DNA from: Felis catus
Taxonomy: Eukaryota
Assembly (NCBI RefSeq): GCF_018350175.1
Contig: NC_058368.1
Location: 99,388,001 to 99,452,000, forward strand
Direction of reading: 5' to 3'
Length of the DNA stretch: 64,000 bases
Both the position numbers and the translations under genes were made by a program. Shown here piece by piece: positions 49,878 through 63,236 of this stretch (the first letter of the stretch is position 1; every line of letters starts with the position of its first letter). The notes under the pieces were generated by a model. That model did no database searches, was not told the origin of the DNA, and worked only from the letters and a program-made list of their open reading frames with translations.

Positions 49878-50059
49878 AATGTTTATTTTTGAGACAGAGT
49901 ATGAGTAGGGGAGAGGCAGAGAGCAAAGGGGACAGAGGATCCAAAGCGGGCTCTGTGCTGACAGCAGAGAGCCCTATGCAGGGCTCGATCTAATGAACCG
50001 TGAGATCATGACCTGAGCCAATGTCAGACCCTTAACTGACTGAGTCACCCAGGCACCTC
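49830..50059 (-). mobile_element. CAN-SINE with (TG)n at its tail
   Basis: (TG)n about 49830-49873, then antisense SINE ending gtcacccaggcacct. Confidence 0.93.
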
Positions 50060-51569
50060 AAGAGTAGCAGTTTTTTATATAACTTTATCATATTAAAGAA
50101 TTTATAACTCTAGACTGTTACAACTATATGATATTTTATGTATGCTTCATCATAACCATAAAGCTTAAGAAACTACACTAAATATGCAAAAGATGAAGAG
50201 AGGGAATCAAAGAGTGGCTCTACGGAAAATTATAAATTCTCAAGGGAAAACGGTAAGAGAGTAGGAAAGAACAGAACTATTAACCAGCAAAGAAACAGCA
50301 AGATGGTATTGGTAAGTCCTTACAGATTACTCTAAATAGATTAAATTTTCTAATCAAAACACATAGAATGAATGATTGAATGGATTTTAAAAACAAAACA
50401 AAACAAAACAAAAAGACCAAACTGTATAATGCCTATAAGAGACATACTTTAGCTTAAGGATGTACATCGGATTGAAGTAGGGGTACAGGGAAAAAAATTT
50501 CCATGCAAATGAAAGCTAAAATAAATAATGATATTTATCCTTATAATAGACAAAACAGACTCAGTAAAAATAATTGTAACAAGAGGTTAAAAAAATCATT
50601 ATATAATAATAAAAGGGTCAGTTAATCAAAAGGACATAACAAGCTATGCACCCAGTATCAGAGCACCTAAATGTATTAAACAAACACTGACAGCTATTTC
50701 ATTGATCTAAGCAAAGAAGTGAGAGATTGGTACCCTGAAACCTAGAAGACACCGATGAAAGAAATTGAGGAAAATATGAAAAATGGAAGGGTATCTTGTG
50801 CTCATGGATTTAAAGAACGAATATTGTTAATAAGTTCACAACACCCAAAGCTATCTGCAACTTTTAAAAGGCCTCCTATCAAAACTTGTTTGGCATTTTC
50901 TAAAGAAAGAGAACAAGCAGTCCTAAAATTGTATGGAATGACAAAAAAACCCTGAATATCCAAAGCAATCTTGAGAAGTAAGAATGAACCTGGAGACATC
51001 ACAGTTCTCGATGTCAGACTACATTGTGTAGCTGTGGTAGTGGTGACAGTGTGGTGTTGGCATAAAAACAAACACATGGATCACTGCAGCAGAATACAGA
51101 GCCCAGAAATAAACCCACGCATACAGGGTCACTCATCTTTAACAAGGGTGCCGAAGAAACACAGGAAAGAAGGAGAATCTCTTCAATAAATGGTGCTGGA
51201 AAAACTGGATTTGCACATGCAAAATCACGAAACTGGATCTTTATCTTACAGCATTCACGAAAATTAACTCAAAATGGATTAAAGACTTAATTAAGTGTAA
51301 GAGCTGAAATCATAAAATACCTAGAAGAAAATATAAGGAAACAGCTTTTTGACATTGGTCTTGAATGCACCCATGTAACTACACCCAAAAAACTCATCCA
51401 CCTCAAACCTGTTTTATTTGATAATATCATGCACTTCAAGCCTGAAACAAGTATTGTCATAGATGTAGGAAGTTTTTGAAGATGCGTATGTTTTGAATGT
51501 GAAGGAATATGCCTCCTTCAGGTCAGGGGGATAATTGTCACAGCTGGTCTTCAAGGCTGCTACCAAGAG

Positions 51570-52090
51570 AATCTTACTTCTTGGCCTTAAAACCCGATTA
51601 CATATAACCCTTTCCACGTTGACTCTGGGCTACCTTTGCATAACTGATAGAGTGTGGCCAAAGTGAAAAAGTGAAACTTCCTCAGGTCATAAGAAAACTT
51701 AGTTTCCACCTTGGTCACTGGTTTTGGATAGAGTGAGCTTGCATGGATGTTTACTCAGAGACTACTGCCGGGGCATGAGAAACATCAAACTAGCCACATA
51801 GAGAGGTCACGTGTAGAAACCTCCCCTGAGATGGTCAACCTGTTCCAGATTTGTAGGCATCCCTGCTGAAATAACAGATGTAGAAGTAAATAAGCCGTCT
51901 TAGACTGAGTCCTAAGGTACCATGATTCCAGTCCACTACTTACTCCAACTTTATGAGACATACCCAAGTATGAACCGTCTGCATAAGTTCATAAGTATGA
52001 ACTGTCAGTCAATCCATAGAGCTTGAAAGATAACAAATTATTATTTAAGGCACATAATTTTGGCATGGGTTATTAGGTAGAAATAACTAA
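51570..52090 (+). mobile_element. MLT1-type LTR
   Basis: agccacatagagaggtcacgtgtag...ataacaaattattatttaaggcac...ttttggcatgggttatt. Confidence 0.65.
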
Positions 52091-52129
52091 AGACCACCTT
52101 AAAAAAAACCAAGATAGTGGGCATTATGG

Positions 52130-52850
52130 ACCACTTTTAATTCCATATGTATGTTAGAAGCAACTTGTTAGTTACTTCAAAATGCCTCCTGTATTTCTTA
52201 CATGAATTCCGTTGAAGCCAAAGGTTGGATGTCATTGTTGTGAGTGTTTCTACCCATGAACAATGCATCTCTGATTTCATTTAGGTCTTATTTCATTTAT
52301 CTTAGAAATGTTTTAGAATTTCAGTGGTAAGAGCTCTTATATGGGTTTTGCTCAATTTATTCTGAAGCATGTTGTATGTATGATGCTATTGTAAATTACG
52401 CTTTTTGAAAAAGTTTGATTTTCTAATTGCTTATGGTTTGTATACAGAAATAAGATTAATTTTTTTTTTAAAAAACTGGTGTTCTTAAACTTCCAACCCA
52501 GGTAAATTCACTTTTTAGTCCTAGTAGATTGTTTCCCTTTTAAACCCAGGAGATTTTTATAGAGTCAAGAATTTTCTATATAAATCATGTCATCTGAGAA
52601 AAAAAAAATATTTCCTTCCTTCTACTTTTTATCCATTTCTTTTTCCTCTTTATACTAGCGAAAGTTTCCATTGAAATGCTAGATAAAAATTATGAGAACA
52701 ATTGTACTTGCCCTCTTGATTTTATGAGAAAAATACTTAACCTTTCCATATTATGTATATTATATTATTTTGTAGATTTTATTGTAAGACTCAGGTGATT
52801 TCCTTCTATTCCTGCTTTACTGTGAATACTTACCATGAATGGCTTTTTCA
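52130..52850 (-). mobile_element. Old L1 ORF2 fragment, antisense
   Basis: tacccatgaacaatgcatctct...ttttctatataaatcatgtcatctg. Confidence 0.7.
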
Positions 52851-53517
52851 TATACTAAAGACAATTTTTCATGATTTAAAAAATTTATCTATATAAGTTT
52901 TAATGACTGCATATGCTCTATTGTATGTATGTACCTAACTTTCAGCAAAACCCCAGTTATTTGGAGTTAGAATTCTTATGCTCTTTTGTATACATTGCAT
53001 TAAATAATTCATAGGAGAGATTTGCTAGACAAAATGGTGTGCATTGTTTAGAATTTTGATATATTTGGCATGAGGTTAGTTTTGACTAAAAGTAAAAACC
53101 CTGAAACTTGGAAAGCTTACCAAAAATAGGGAATAAAATAAAATCTTTTGAAAATGAGAATATCTAAAAAGTTTTTCCTGCACTTTACTAAATAAGATGA
53201 AACATAATGTATGAGAGAGAAAAATACAGTTTTTCATTATTTACACAGACATCTGCACCTTAAAAATCACTTTTCTGTGAAATGTGTCCTCAAGTGTCAG
53301 CTATATTTTGGCCCAATATATAAAAACCTTTATGTAGTTATGCACACCTGTTCATATTTTTTTTCATTTTTAATAAGATATAATCTGATTTTGAACATGA
53401 AACTGAATAGTCTGAAATTCAGTTGTTTTTATATAATGAAATTAATGTACATTAGTTGTTAATCAAATTACCTTTACTTTTTTTGAATTTAAAAAATGTG
53501 TGCTAAACTCAAATATA

Positions 53518-53740
53518 GGGGTGCATGGGTAGCTCACTTGCTTAGGCACCCAAGTCTTGGTTTCAGCTCTGGTCATGATCTCACGGTTTTGTGAGTTCAA
53601 GCTGCTCATCGGGCTCTCTACTGGCAATGTGGAGTCTGCTCGGAATTCTCTCTCTCTCCCTCTTTCTCTGCCTCCATCCTCCACTTGCACTATTTCTGTC
53701 TGTCTCAAAATAAATAAGTCACCTTTGGAATAAATAAACA
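53518..53740 (+). mobile_element. CAN-SINE
   Basis: TSD aaactcaaatata. Confidence 0.9.
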
Positions 53741-53789
53741 AACTCAAATATATATATTGTAATTGGTAGATTTAACAATTTAGCAAGTA

Positions 53790-54581
53790 CAGTGAAACCT
53801 TGGTTTGTGAGCATACTTGTTCTGAAAACATGCTTGTCATCTAAAGCACTTATATATCAAAGCGAATTTCCCCTAAGAAGTAATGGAAACTCAGAAGATA
53901 CGTTCCACAACCCAAAAATATTCACATTAAAATTATTACAATACTGTAATATAATATAAAACAATATAGACAATACAAAATATAAAGAAAAATAATCATA
54001 TTAACCTGCACTTACCTTTGAAAACCTTAGAGGCTGGGGTGAGGGAGACAAGAAAGTAGAGGGTTATTGTGGAGGACAACTTTCGCTGTCGCTAACCCAT
54101 GTTGACTATAGTACAGTTTTGATGAACTCTGATCATCTCGTGCATTGAATGTAACTGGCAATAAGGCAGCAGAGGAAAGGGTCTCTATCTGCAGGCGGCC
54201 TGACCTGGAATGAAACAAAGCATTTCTAAGCTTACTTACCATGGAAAAGCAAAAGACTGTCCATAGTGCTTTGAGGTGACAAAAAAAATACTTTCGTGCC
54301 AGTCGTGGGTACTTTCCAACGTTCTGAAAAATCACTGATTTCTGCCAAACACTGTGGCCTGAGACCAAGCATATGAGCATGGGAGACAGTCACTCACAAC
54401 CCCACAGAGAGAGAGAGAGAGAGAAGAAACAGTGGCTCAGTTGTGATCATGTGACCTTTGGCATCAGGTAGTACTCGCATTGCAAGATATTGCTCACTTA
54501 TCAATTTAAAATTTATTAGCAATGTTTGCTGATCTTGGGGAACATTCGCAGAACAAGTTGCTCGCAATCCAAGATTCCGTG
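53790..54581. mobile_element. Tigger-type non-autonomous DNA transposon (about 790 bp)
   Basis: TA flanks (53788-89, 54582-83); TIRs cagtgaaaccttggtttgtgagca ... tgctcgcaatccaagattccgtg. Confidence 0.88.
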
Positions 54582-55173
54582 TATCTCCCTAGGATTTTTT
54601 CTTTTTCAAAAAACTAATTAGATACAGCCTGTAAACTAAAAAGTAGAAAGCTAAGCATTAATTGGATTCTTTTTTGGTAATTAAAAAATATTCCTTAATG
54701 TGGTATTTTTATTACTATTGGTATGTCTTAACCTTGTATAAAGTCTAATATACTAAGAGCCACTGTAGCATTTCTATCAATAAATTAAGTCCCCTTTCTA
54801 GGCCTTCTAAAATGGTATTCACATTTTTTCTTTTGCTACTGGAGTGTAACTTATGTGAAGAATAGAACTGTTCCTTTGGTTGAATGATGCTTCTCACTCA
54901 GGTATTCTGGAACATAGTAGGTGCCCAATATGTGTTTCTTAACAAAATAAATAATATGTGCACATTTTAATTGAAATATCCATTGCAGAAATGTCACATC
55001 TTAAATACCAGCTTAATGATATAAGAAAATGGAGGCTTAAGAAATTCAAGTTACCTTCTATGTGTATACTTTTAATATGGTATTTCAATTACAATGTTGA
55101 TTTCCATTAAGAAATTTAAGACAGTCCACCAACAGTGCACTTCTCACTTTTCAACTTTATTTTTCTCTTCTAG

Positions 55174-55269
55174 TAAACATATTTGGTTGGGTCAGAAAGG
55201 TCATGTCATATCTCAGAAAGGAAAATCATGAGAAGAGATAAGTTTTAATTTCAGGTCTCAGAAATTCTG
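55174..55269 (+). pseudogene. Candidate exon (96 nt, phase 1-1), one stop
   Basis: Acceptor caactttatttttctcttctag, donor ctg|gtatga; NIFGWVRKVMSYLRKENHEKR*VLISGLRNS. Confidence 0.4.
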
Positions 55270-55589
55270 GTATGAAATCAACTCCTCCCTTCCCCAGTAA
55301 GGGAGATGGCTTATTTTAATAGTATTTTGTGAACAATGTTAGGTGGGAAACTGGTATTTGTTACATGGTTAATAATTGCCAGTTGGTTCAAAAATTGTAG
55401 GTTGAGCTTAAGAAATTAATTATCTGAAACATTCACACAAATTGGATTTCTGAAAAGAGTATCCCAGAGGAATGAACGAATAGCTAAATTTTTCTCAAAC
55501 CAGAGTACTTTTAATTTAGACAACTTGATTTTTAGTATATAAAAAGTGATGTATTAAGAGTACTCTAATACATTTTAATATTTCCAAAG

Positions 55590-55674
55590 GCACACAGTGT
55601 CAGCCTTTTGAAATGTTTGGATACTTCTGAGGTTCTTAGACATGCTTTATGACAAGATGAAATGTATTCCACAG
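55590..55674 (+). pseudogene. Candidate exon (85 nt), one stop
   Basis: Acceptor attttaatatttccaaag, donor cag|gtataa; AHSVSLLKCLDTSEVLRHAL*QDEMYST. Confidence 0.35.
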
Positions 55675-56145
55675 GTATAATGGGACTTAAGTTTTAATTT
55701 GCCTTTGTATATTGTCTTCTGATAAATTGCTTTTAGCAAATGTAAAATTAATAAACAGTGATTTCTGAGCTTTTTATTAATTCCTCTGTGTAGCAGATTA
55801 TTTATAAATTTATAGTAGCTTACATTACTTCTAGATAAATTATTAATGAACTGTGAGAGTTTAAAGCCTTACAAATCTCTTACATGCTCAACTATTGTTT
55901 TAGTAGGAAAATTTGGTTTAATAATTATTAGATTTAATAAGATCGTATTCAATTACCTTATCTATAGTTGCATTGTTCTCACAGATTATCTCTTGGGATT
56001 CTTTTTTTTTTTTTTTTTTTTTTTTTAGAGAGAGAGAATAAAGTTAGAAGTTAGCAAAAAAAAAAAAAGAAAAGAAAAGAAACAACATTTCATGGTCAAA
56101 TAAGTGTGAGCAACTCATGTGTGTTGTTAATGTTTTTTTATCATT

Positions 56146-56360
56146 TAAATTTTTTAACAGTTATTTATTTTTGAGAATGAGACAGAGTGCCTGCAGGAGA
56201 GGGTCTGAGAGAGAGGGAGACACAGAATCCTAAGTAGACTCAAGGCTCAAGGGTCTGAGCTGTCAGCACAAAGCCCAACCCAGGGCTCAAACCTGCGAAT
56301 GGTGAGATCATGACCTGAGCTGAAGTCGGCTGTTCAACTGACTGAGCCACCCAGGCACCT
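56146..56360 (-). mobile_element. CAN-SINE
   Basis: TSD tttatcatttaa. Confidence 0.92.
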
Positions 56361-56719
56361 CTGTTTTCTTTATCATTTAACATAACATATACTCAAAGTA
56401 GTTCTCCAATAAATTGTTAAATTATATTAACTGTATTTATATCTAGTAAAGTAGGAGCTCAATACATCTACCCTGTCAATGTCCAGCAATTTACATGAGA
56501 AGTTTCTAATCCCAAATTGCACACAGAATTCTAATGTCAATCCTGACCCAAAGTGAGTACCTTGAATTATTAAGTCTTCAATGCTGCACTCAAATAAAAT
56601 ACTGTTTCACATATGACCTGGTGATTTACCCCATATAGTAATATATCTGATAGTATTGCCTCTAAAGTATCACCCTCAGCTTATTGAGTGTAACGTGAAT
56701 AATGTATTTTTTATTTTAG

Positions 56720-59700
56720 TGTTTGTTTTGTAATTAAAATTTTTATTTTGAGATAATTACAGATTTACCTGAAGTTGTAGAAAATAATATAGAGATACCA
56801 CATTATCCTTTACCTAGTTTCCACCAATGGTAATATCTTGCAAAACTGTAATACACTATCACGGCCAGGATATTGACATTGATACAGTGAAGAGAAGGGA
56901 CATTTTCATTACCATAATAATCCCTCATATTGCTCTTGTGTAGACAGCACATATTTGGATTATGTCTTGTAGTCCCATCCTGCCATTCCCTGTCTTTAAT
57001 TAGCGTTTTCATATGATTTACATATGATTTAGTTATTGAAATGTTAAGGATTAAATCTGGCATTTTTTTTTTTGGTTTCTATTCTCTCCGTGTTTCATGG
57101 CTTTGTTTTCTTTTTCCTGCCTTCCTTGAGGTTACTCGAACATTTTTTTTAGAATTCCAGTTAGATTTATCTATAGGATTTTTGAAGTGATTTCATTGTG
57201 TAAGTTCATTAATGGTTGCTGTAGGTATTATACATGCAAAACTTGTCGCTGTCTATTGGTAGTATAATTTTATCAGTTCAGATGAAATAGGAGAGTCTTG
57301 CTTCCCTTTATGTACATTGGCCATCCGCCATTTATAATCTATTCATATTTAATATTCACTTGAATAATATATTCAAGATATATCCAATTCAATATAATTA
57401 TAAGATATATATTATACATATAATATATATTATATATAATATAATGTATTAGTTTGACTATAACGACATTAAATAGTATTATAATTTTTGTCTGATTAAG
57501 CATAATTTGGAAACCTCAAGATGAGAAAGAAGGAAAGCCTGTTATATATACCCATCTTTTGCTGACCATGTTCTCTCTTCCTGATGTTCTAAGTTTCTTT
57601 CTTTTGTTATTCTCTTTCTATTTACAAAATTTGTTTTAATTACTCCTTTAGGGTAGATCTGTTGGTAATAAAGTCTCAATTTTCCTTCATCTTAGGATGT
57701 CCTGATTCTTCATACCCTCAAAATATTTACTTTGCATGAAGTATTTCAGATTAATGACTGTATTCTTTTAGCACCTCAAAAATATTATGCTCCTTCTTTT
57801 TGGGGTCCTTCGTTCCTTATGAGAAAACCGGTTTCATTCTATTTGTTTTTCCCTGTAGGTAAAATGCTGCTTCCTCTGGCTACTTCGAGATGCTCGTCTT
57901 TAGTTTTCAGAAGCTTAATTATGTTGTGTCTTGCCATGTTTTCTTTGGGATTGTCGTATGTGGGGTTTGCTTAGTTTATTAAACCTGTAGCACTGTGTCT
58001 TTTGACCAATTTGGGAAGTTTCAGTGACAATTTCTTTATACACTTTTCCAGTGTTGCCCTCTTCCTCTCTCTTTCCGGGATTCTGATAACATCTTGGATG
58101 TTTTGTTACCATTCCATAAGTTCCCTGAGGCTCTACCCATTTTTTCCCAGATTACTCTGTTTTGTTCAGATTTAGTCACTTCTATTGTTCTGTCTCCAAG
58201 TTCATGGATACTTTTCTTTGTCCTTACCAGTCTACTACTGTTCTTGTCGGATGAACTTTTTATTTGCATGGCTGTATTTTTTAGTTGTAAAATTTTCATT
58301 TGATTCTTACTTATGTCTCATATTTGTTTGCTAGTACTTTGTGTCTTTGGAGAGATTTTATATTTTTACACCTGTGTCAGGAGTGTTCATCTTGACAGTG
58401 TTTTGGTTTTGTTTTTGTTTTTATGGCCGCTTTATCTATTTCTTTGTCTAATAATTCTAACATCTGTGTCCTTTTGGTTGTTGTCTTTTGCTGCTCATTT
58501 TTTTCCATGCATTTTTAGGTCTTTCTGTTCCTTGGCATAACAAGTAATTTTCTGTTGCAATGTGGATGTGTTAAGTATTATATTACACAACTCTGGATCT
58601 TATTTAAACCTTCTCTTTGGCTTGGTTTCCTATGATGCCAGTCTGGTAGGGGAAATGGAGGCACTGCCTCATTGCTGCCAATAGGGGTAAAAATCCAGTT
58701 TCTGCACTCAGCCTCCATTGATACTTGATGGAGAGAGCTTCTAGTTACTGTTGGGTCAGTCTACGAGTGTCATTTCCTCATTAGGCCTCTACTCATACCT
58801 CTCTGGTTGAGAGGCAGAAAGGTGTGTCACTATTACTCCCTATGTGACTTCCACTGATGTCGTGGGGAAAGTATGGTAGCCTTGTTCACATTGGGTGAAG
58901 ATAAAAGTCCTGACCATCCTATGGCAGGGTGTAGGATGCCTCATTACTACTGGGGAGAGGGTAAAAGCACAGTCTTTCCTTGTGGTCTTTACTCACTCCT
59001 GAGGCATAAAAGGGCATCATTACTTTGTAGCCAGGGATGAAAGTCCACATCCCTATTCAGCCTTCTTTGATGCTACCCCAATGGGAATTTGGATGCCTTG
59101 TTATAGCCACGCAAGGGTAGAAGTCTAGTCTGTCTTCTCAGCCTTTGGTAGGGATGGATGGGGTTTTTCTATGCTGTTCTTTGGAATAGCAGAATTGTGG
59201 TTTAAAAGTTTTCTGTATTGTCACATTTCTCTGCTCCTGGCTCCCTGCTGAAGTGACCAGTCTTTTATTCTGGCTTTTCTTTTTTTTTTTTTAAATTTTT
59301 TTTTCAACGTTTATTTATTTTTGGGACAGAGAGAGACAGAGCATGAACGGGGGAGGGGCAGAGAGAGAGGGAGACACAGAATCGGAAACAGGCTCCAGGT
59401 TCTGAGCCATCAGCCCAGAGCCCGACGTGGGGCTCGAACTCACGGACCGCGAGATCGTGACCTGGCTGAAGTCGGACGCTTAACCGACTGCGCCACCCAG
59501 GCGCCCCATGGCTTTTCATTTCTCTATACCAGTTGGTGTTTTCAGGTTGATGGTTTCTTCTGCTCTAAGCCTGGGATATGTGAGGCAAAAGAAAAGCCAG
59601 TGAACTCACCTCAGTGTCGTTCCTGGGGATTTGAAGTTTCTAGCCAATCTGCCACTTTTTCTACCCCTCAGAACCTCCTTCTATCGAGAAGCATCTTCCT
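56720..59700 (-). mobile_element. Old L1M fragments, antisense (3' UTR piece, then ORF1 and 5' region)
   Basis: ORF-track 58036-58299 and 57915-58112 resemble the L1 ORF1 coiled-coil/RRM (ELGDRTIEVTKSEQ, EIVTETSQIGQK). Confidence 0.8.
59280..59507 (-). mobile_element. Young SINEC_Fc-type SINE
   Basis: TSD tggcttttc; CpG-intact body. Confidence 0.97.
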
Positions 59701-60858
59701 AGAAGCTGAAGAAGTCTCTGGGCCATTATAAAGGCTTACAGTCAAAAGTGTAAAGAGGCTAGCTAGTGGATGTATGTATGTATCCATTGAGAAGCTTTTG
59801 ATTGATTTACTGTGTTGGTTATAAGGACGAAAAAAAAAAAAAAGAGAACAGTTTTGAAATTTTATTGCACAGATAAAATGTTTATTTCACTTTATGAATT
59901 AAAACAGCTCTGTTTCTGTGTCAGGATACGTGCTTTGGAAACTTGGGTCTTGACACCTGATCATAAACGGATAGTTAAAAGCACTAAAGAAGTTCCTTGC
60001 CCTCAAAGAAGTAATGCTATTAATGTCAAGGGGAGGAAGTAGGAGCCTTTTGGAGGAATGAGACAGAAGTGAAGTAAGAGGTCATTTGGATATATTCTTG
60101 CTTCACCCCCTGTACCAACTCAAATTCAAGGGTAAACCCAATACAGGGAGAAATAGTGCCCTGGTTGTTTTTTGGGGCTAGAATGGAGACCACCTGATAG
60201 AAAGTTTGACACCAACCACAGTATCAACTGCAAAGATGATACACACAGAACTAGAAGTGGCTCTATTGTGCTTTAGTAAAAGTTCACAAATCTCTTTTCC
60301 TCCCCTTTGGGAGGCTAAATGAAAGTTAATAGACAGTGAGCTTGGAATGGGGCAGTAGTAGCAAGGGGGAAGTGATGAGGCAGTGTTGTGACACAGGTCT
60401 GGAATTGATAGCTACTCCACAGGCCAGATGGAGAATGTGAATGAGACTTCGAGGCTCTGCAAGGTGAGCCACAGTGGAGGTGGAGATAAGTCAGGGACAG
60501 AAAGCAGTATATTTGACTCCTAGTGTGCGGAGGGATTAAACCATGGGTTCTGTTAGCTTTGGACTTGAGGAGTGAAATGCAGGAGCACATCCAGTCTCTG
60601 TGACAAAATTTCATGTCCATGAAGGTCAGTGAGAGATCAGAGGAACAGCAAAGAAAATGCTCAGCTTGGGTTTCCTGTGGCATCTCCTTATACCCCAACT
60701 TCCGTGTGGAGAAGGAAAATTATAGAGATGTATGTGTGTGACAAAATTAGTCCTTAAGTAGAATTTATAACTTAAAATCTTATTAAAACTTACCCAAACA
60801 AGGATGAAATAAACCAACCTAAGTAAGAACACTGATAGACTTTTAAAATAAATGGCAA

Positions 60859-60859
<1 letters not shown>

Positions 60860-60894
<35 letters not shown>
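60860..60894. repeat. (TG)n microsatellite
   Basis: Directly visible. Confidence 0.95.
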
Positions 60895-60896
<2 letters not shown>

Positions 60897-61200
60897 AAAG
60901 GTCAGGATTAGAATGTTGTAATAGTTATGCATTATGTTGTATATTTTTGGACACTCTTCTCTCTTTGTTCACATCCAACTAATATGTCTGTAAAAGCCAC
61001 TTATTTAACATAAATGCTTTACCTGGGCTGGATGGGAGAAAATAGTTCTAAGCTACTAATATTGGCTCTTAGTATGCAAGTGCCTACTTAGATTGCCTTG
61101 TAAAATACTGTTCAGATACTGCAAACAGCCCCTCCACCCTGCAAATATCTGTTGTGGCACTCCTAAATTTTTTGGTAAAGATCTCTCTTCTCCACAAGGC

Positions 61201-61351
61201 AGAATGAGCCATCTTTGAACCAGTTAGAAGGTTTAGAGAGTCACTCAGTGATACACAGCCTAAAATTATCTCCTCATTACCTCTATAAATGGTCTAGAGT
61301 TACCTCTGCGGGTCTATTCTTTCATTTAAAAATCTTTTATATTGAAAATGA
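61201..61351 (+). repeat. Copy 1 of about 150-bp direct duplication
   Basis: Aligns by eye to 63237-63386 with about 20 differences. Confidence 0.92.
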
Positions 61352-62169
61352 ATGTCTTACACCCCAGTAATTTATTATAGAGCCTGTTTTGGCTTTCCTT
61401 ACTGCTGTCATTATTGTACCCTGAATGAGTTCCATTTTGTACGTGCCATCGGAATTGTGGTAATTAGGATTAAATGCCGTATTTCTGGTAGAACCTGGCC
61501 AGCTCCAAATGCACTGCAGGCGACTGTTTCTAGAAAACACTGAACTGCTTGACTTGCAATCTGTATCTGATGGTCTTTCCTTTCTTTATTTCACTTATTT
61601 ATTTTCCTTTTCCATTATAGTAGTAATGTACTTCATAGAACATTATATATATATTTTTCCTGCACACAGTGTATACTTTTCTTAAAAATAAAAATTATCT
61701 AAAAACGTTCTTTGGCATCCTGACGAGAAGGTCGAACTCCCAATTAGTCACACCTGCCGTAGTAAAATTGTAATTTGGGGATGACTCATCAACAAGCGAA
61801 AGCAATGAAACAGATGAGGCTGGATGCTGAGAGGGTTTCAAAACGTGACATCAATCACTGACAATCATTGGTATTAACAATTGATGTCAATTTCTTTCAG
61901 GGAGAGATTACAGGAACAGGAAATACATTGCTTACATAGGTAAACAATGGGAGAGTTATCATCAGATACCAGCTCGAGTTTGGGTCTCCCAGGAATTTGG
62001 AGATAACTAAGCAATCCCTAAAGCCCAGGTTGTGATTAAAAAAAAAAAAAGTCCTAGATACTAGAGGGAGCATGTGCCTGAATGAATGCCATCAATAAGC
62101 TGCAAACCTGGTGTTCCACTTTGCAGTTTTGGGCTCAAAGATAGAAGATCCATATTCTGGTTTACTCTA

Positions 62170-62600
62170 TGTTTCAGCTGGCTAATCTCATAAAAATGTG
62201 ACGTAACCAACCACCTAGACTTTAGTGGCTTAAATCTGAATATTGTATTCTCTTCCGCTATGGGTCCCCCAAGAGTCCCGTGATGTAGGCTTTGCTCAGC
62301 TGGACAACTCTGCCAGTGGAGGCGGCAGCCGGCGAGCACCTGTTTCTCATTGCAAATCTATGCTTGAGCTCGCTGGCTCCAGGTGCTTCTCATGCTCAAG
62401 GAACCAGTGGGCTAGCTTGGAGCACACGGGTCTCGTGGCAGAACAGAGATAAAAGAGTGTCTCCTGGGTCTTTTAAGGTCTTGGTTTGGAACTGACCCTG
62501 CGTTCTTTCCGCGTCGCCAGAGGGCAAAGGAAATCGTCTGATGTAAAGCCCCAAAGCAAGACACGCAGAAGTGTTACCCACCCACAGCGAGGCTTCGGCA
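62170..62600 (-). mobile_element. Old MLT-like LTR
   Basis: gtgacgtaaccaaccacctagactttagtggcttaaa...ctcagctggacaactctg pattern. Confidence 0.55.
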
Positions 62601-63236
62601 AATGTAAGATTAATAAGGGGTGTCCCTTCCTCTGCCCTACTCTGTGTTAAGACCAGAAATTGACGACAAACACTGAACAGTAGTGACCGCGGGGATGGTG
62701 AGTGGTGCAGGGAGAACCCCAGGTGCCGGTGCAGACCCGTCGCCCCGGCCTTCAAAACAAACAAGCAAACAAACAAAAACCAGAACACTGTAGTTTCTCT
62801 GCTCCATCTCAAGCTGACCAGCCTGAAGGTCTTAATTTTTGCACCTGATGTAAAATAAACTTAGATCCAGAAACTTGAGCCCCTGTGAATAGTAAGATTC
62901 AAAACCTAGAAATGGAGGGGGGAAATGAGAATTCCACACACTTTTCTTTGTTAATCTTGATTTCGCTCTGATCCTGAATTCAATTTTCCTTTACATTGCA
63001 ATTCAATTCATTCTGCCTTCTCTTTCTGAATTCATTATGCTTAAATTTTTGTTTATGTTCAAGATAAATAGAATATTACTCCATTTGATTTCTGCAGTAA
63101 AATAATATATTTTTGAGTAAGCCTCTCAGAAAACACACGATGTTGTAATCGTGTTTCAAGTGTCTCATTTTTTTGCCATAAGACGTCATTGAATTTTTGA
63201 GAAATTTTTTTGGGTCCACCATGTTGGAGGGCATTG

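Larger units (their letters stand above)
48500..51362 (+). mobile_element. L1 fragments (5' region, ORF1 end, ORF2 with internal deletion)
   Basis: ORF1-like agaattttaaaagcagcaagag...gctatcagatttctca...; ORF2 endonuclease and C-terminal text; RT core absent. Confidence 0.85.

Noticed and set aside
61381..61459. Further exon candidate (ACFGFPYCCHYCTLNEFHFVRAIGIV)
   Set aside because: Acceptor tract is weak and it cannot be linked in phase with confidence; left uncalled.
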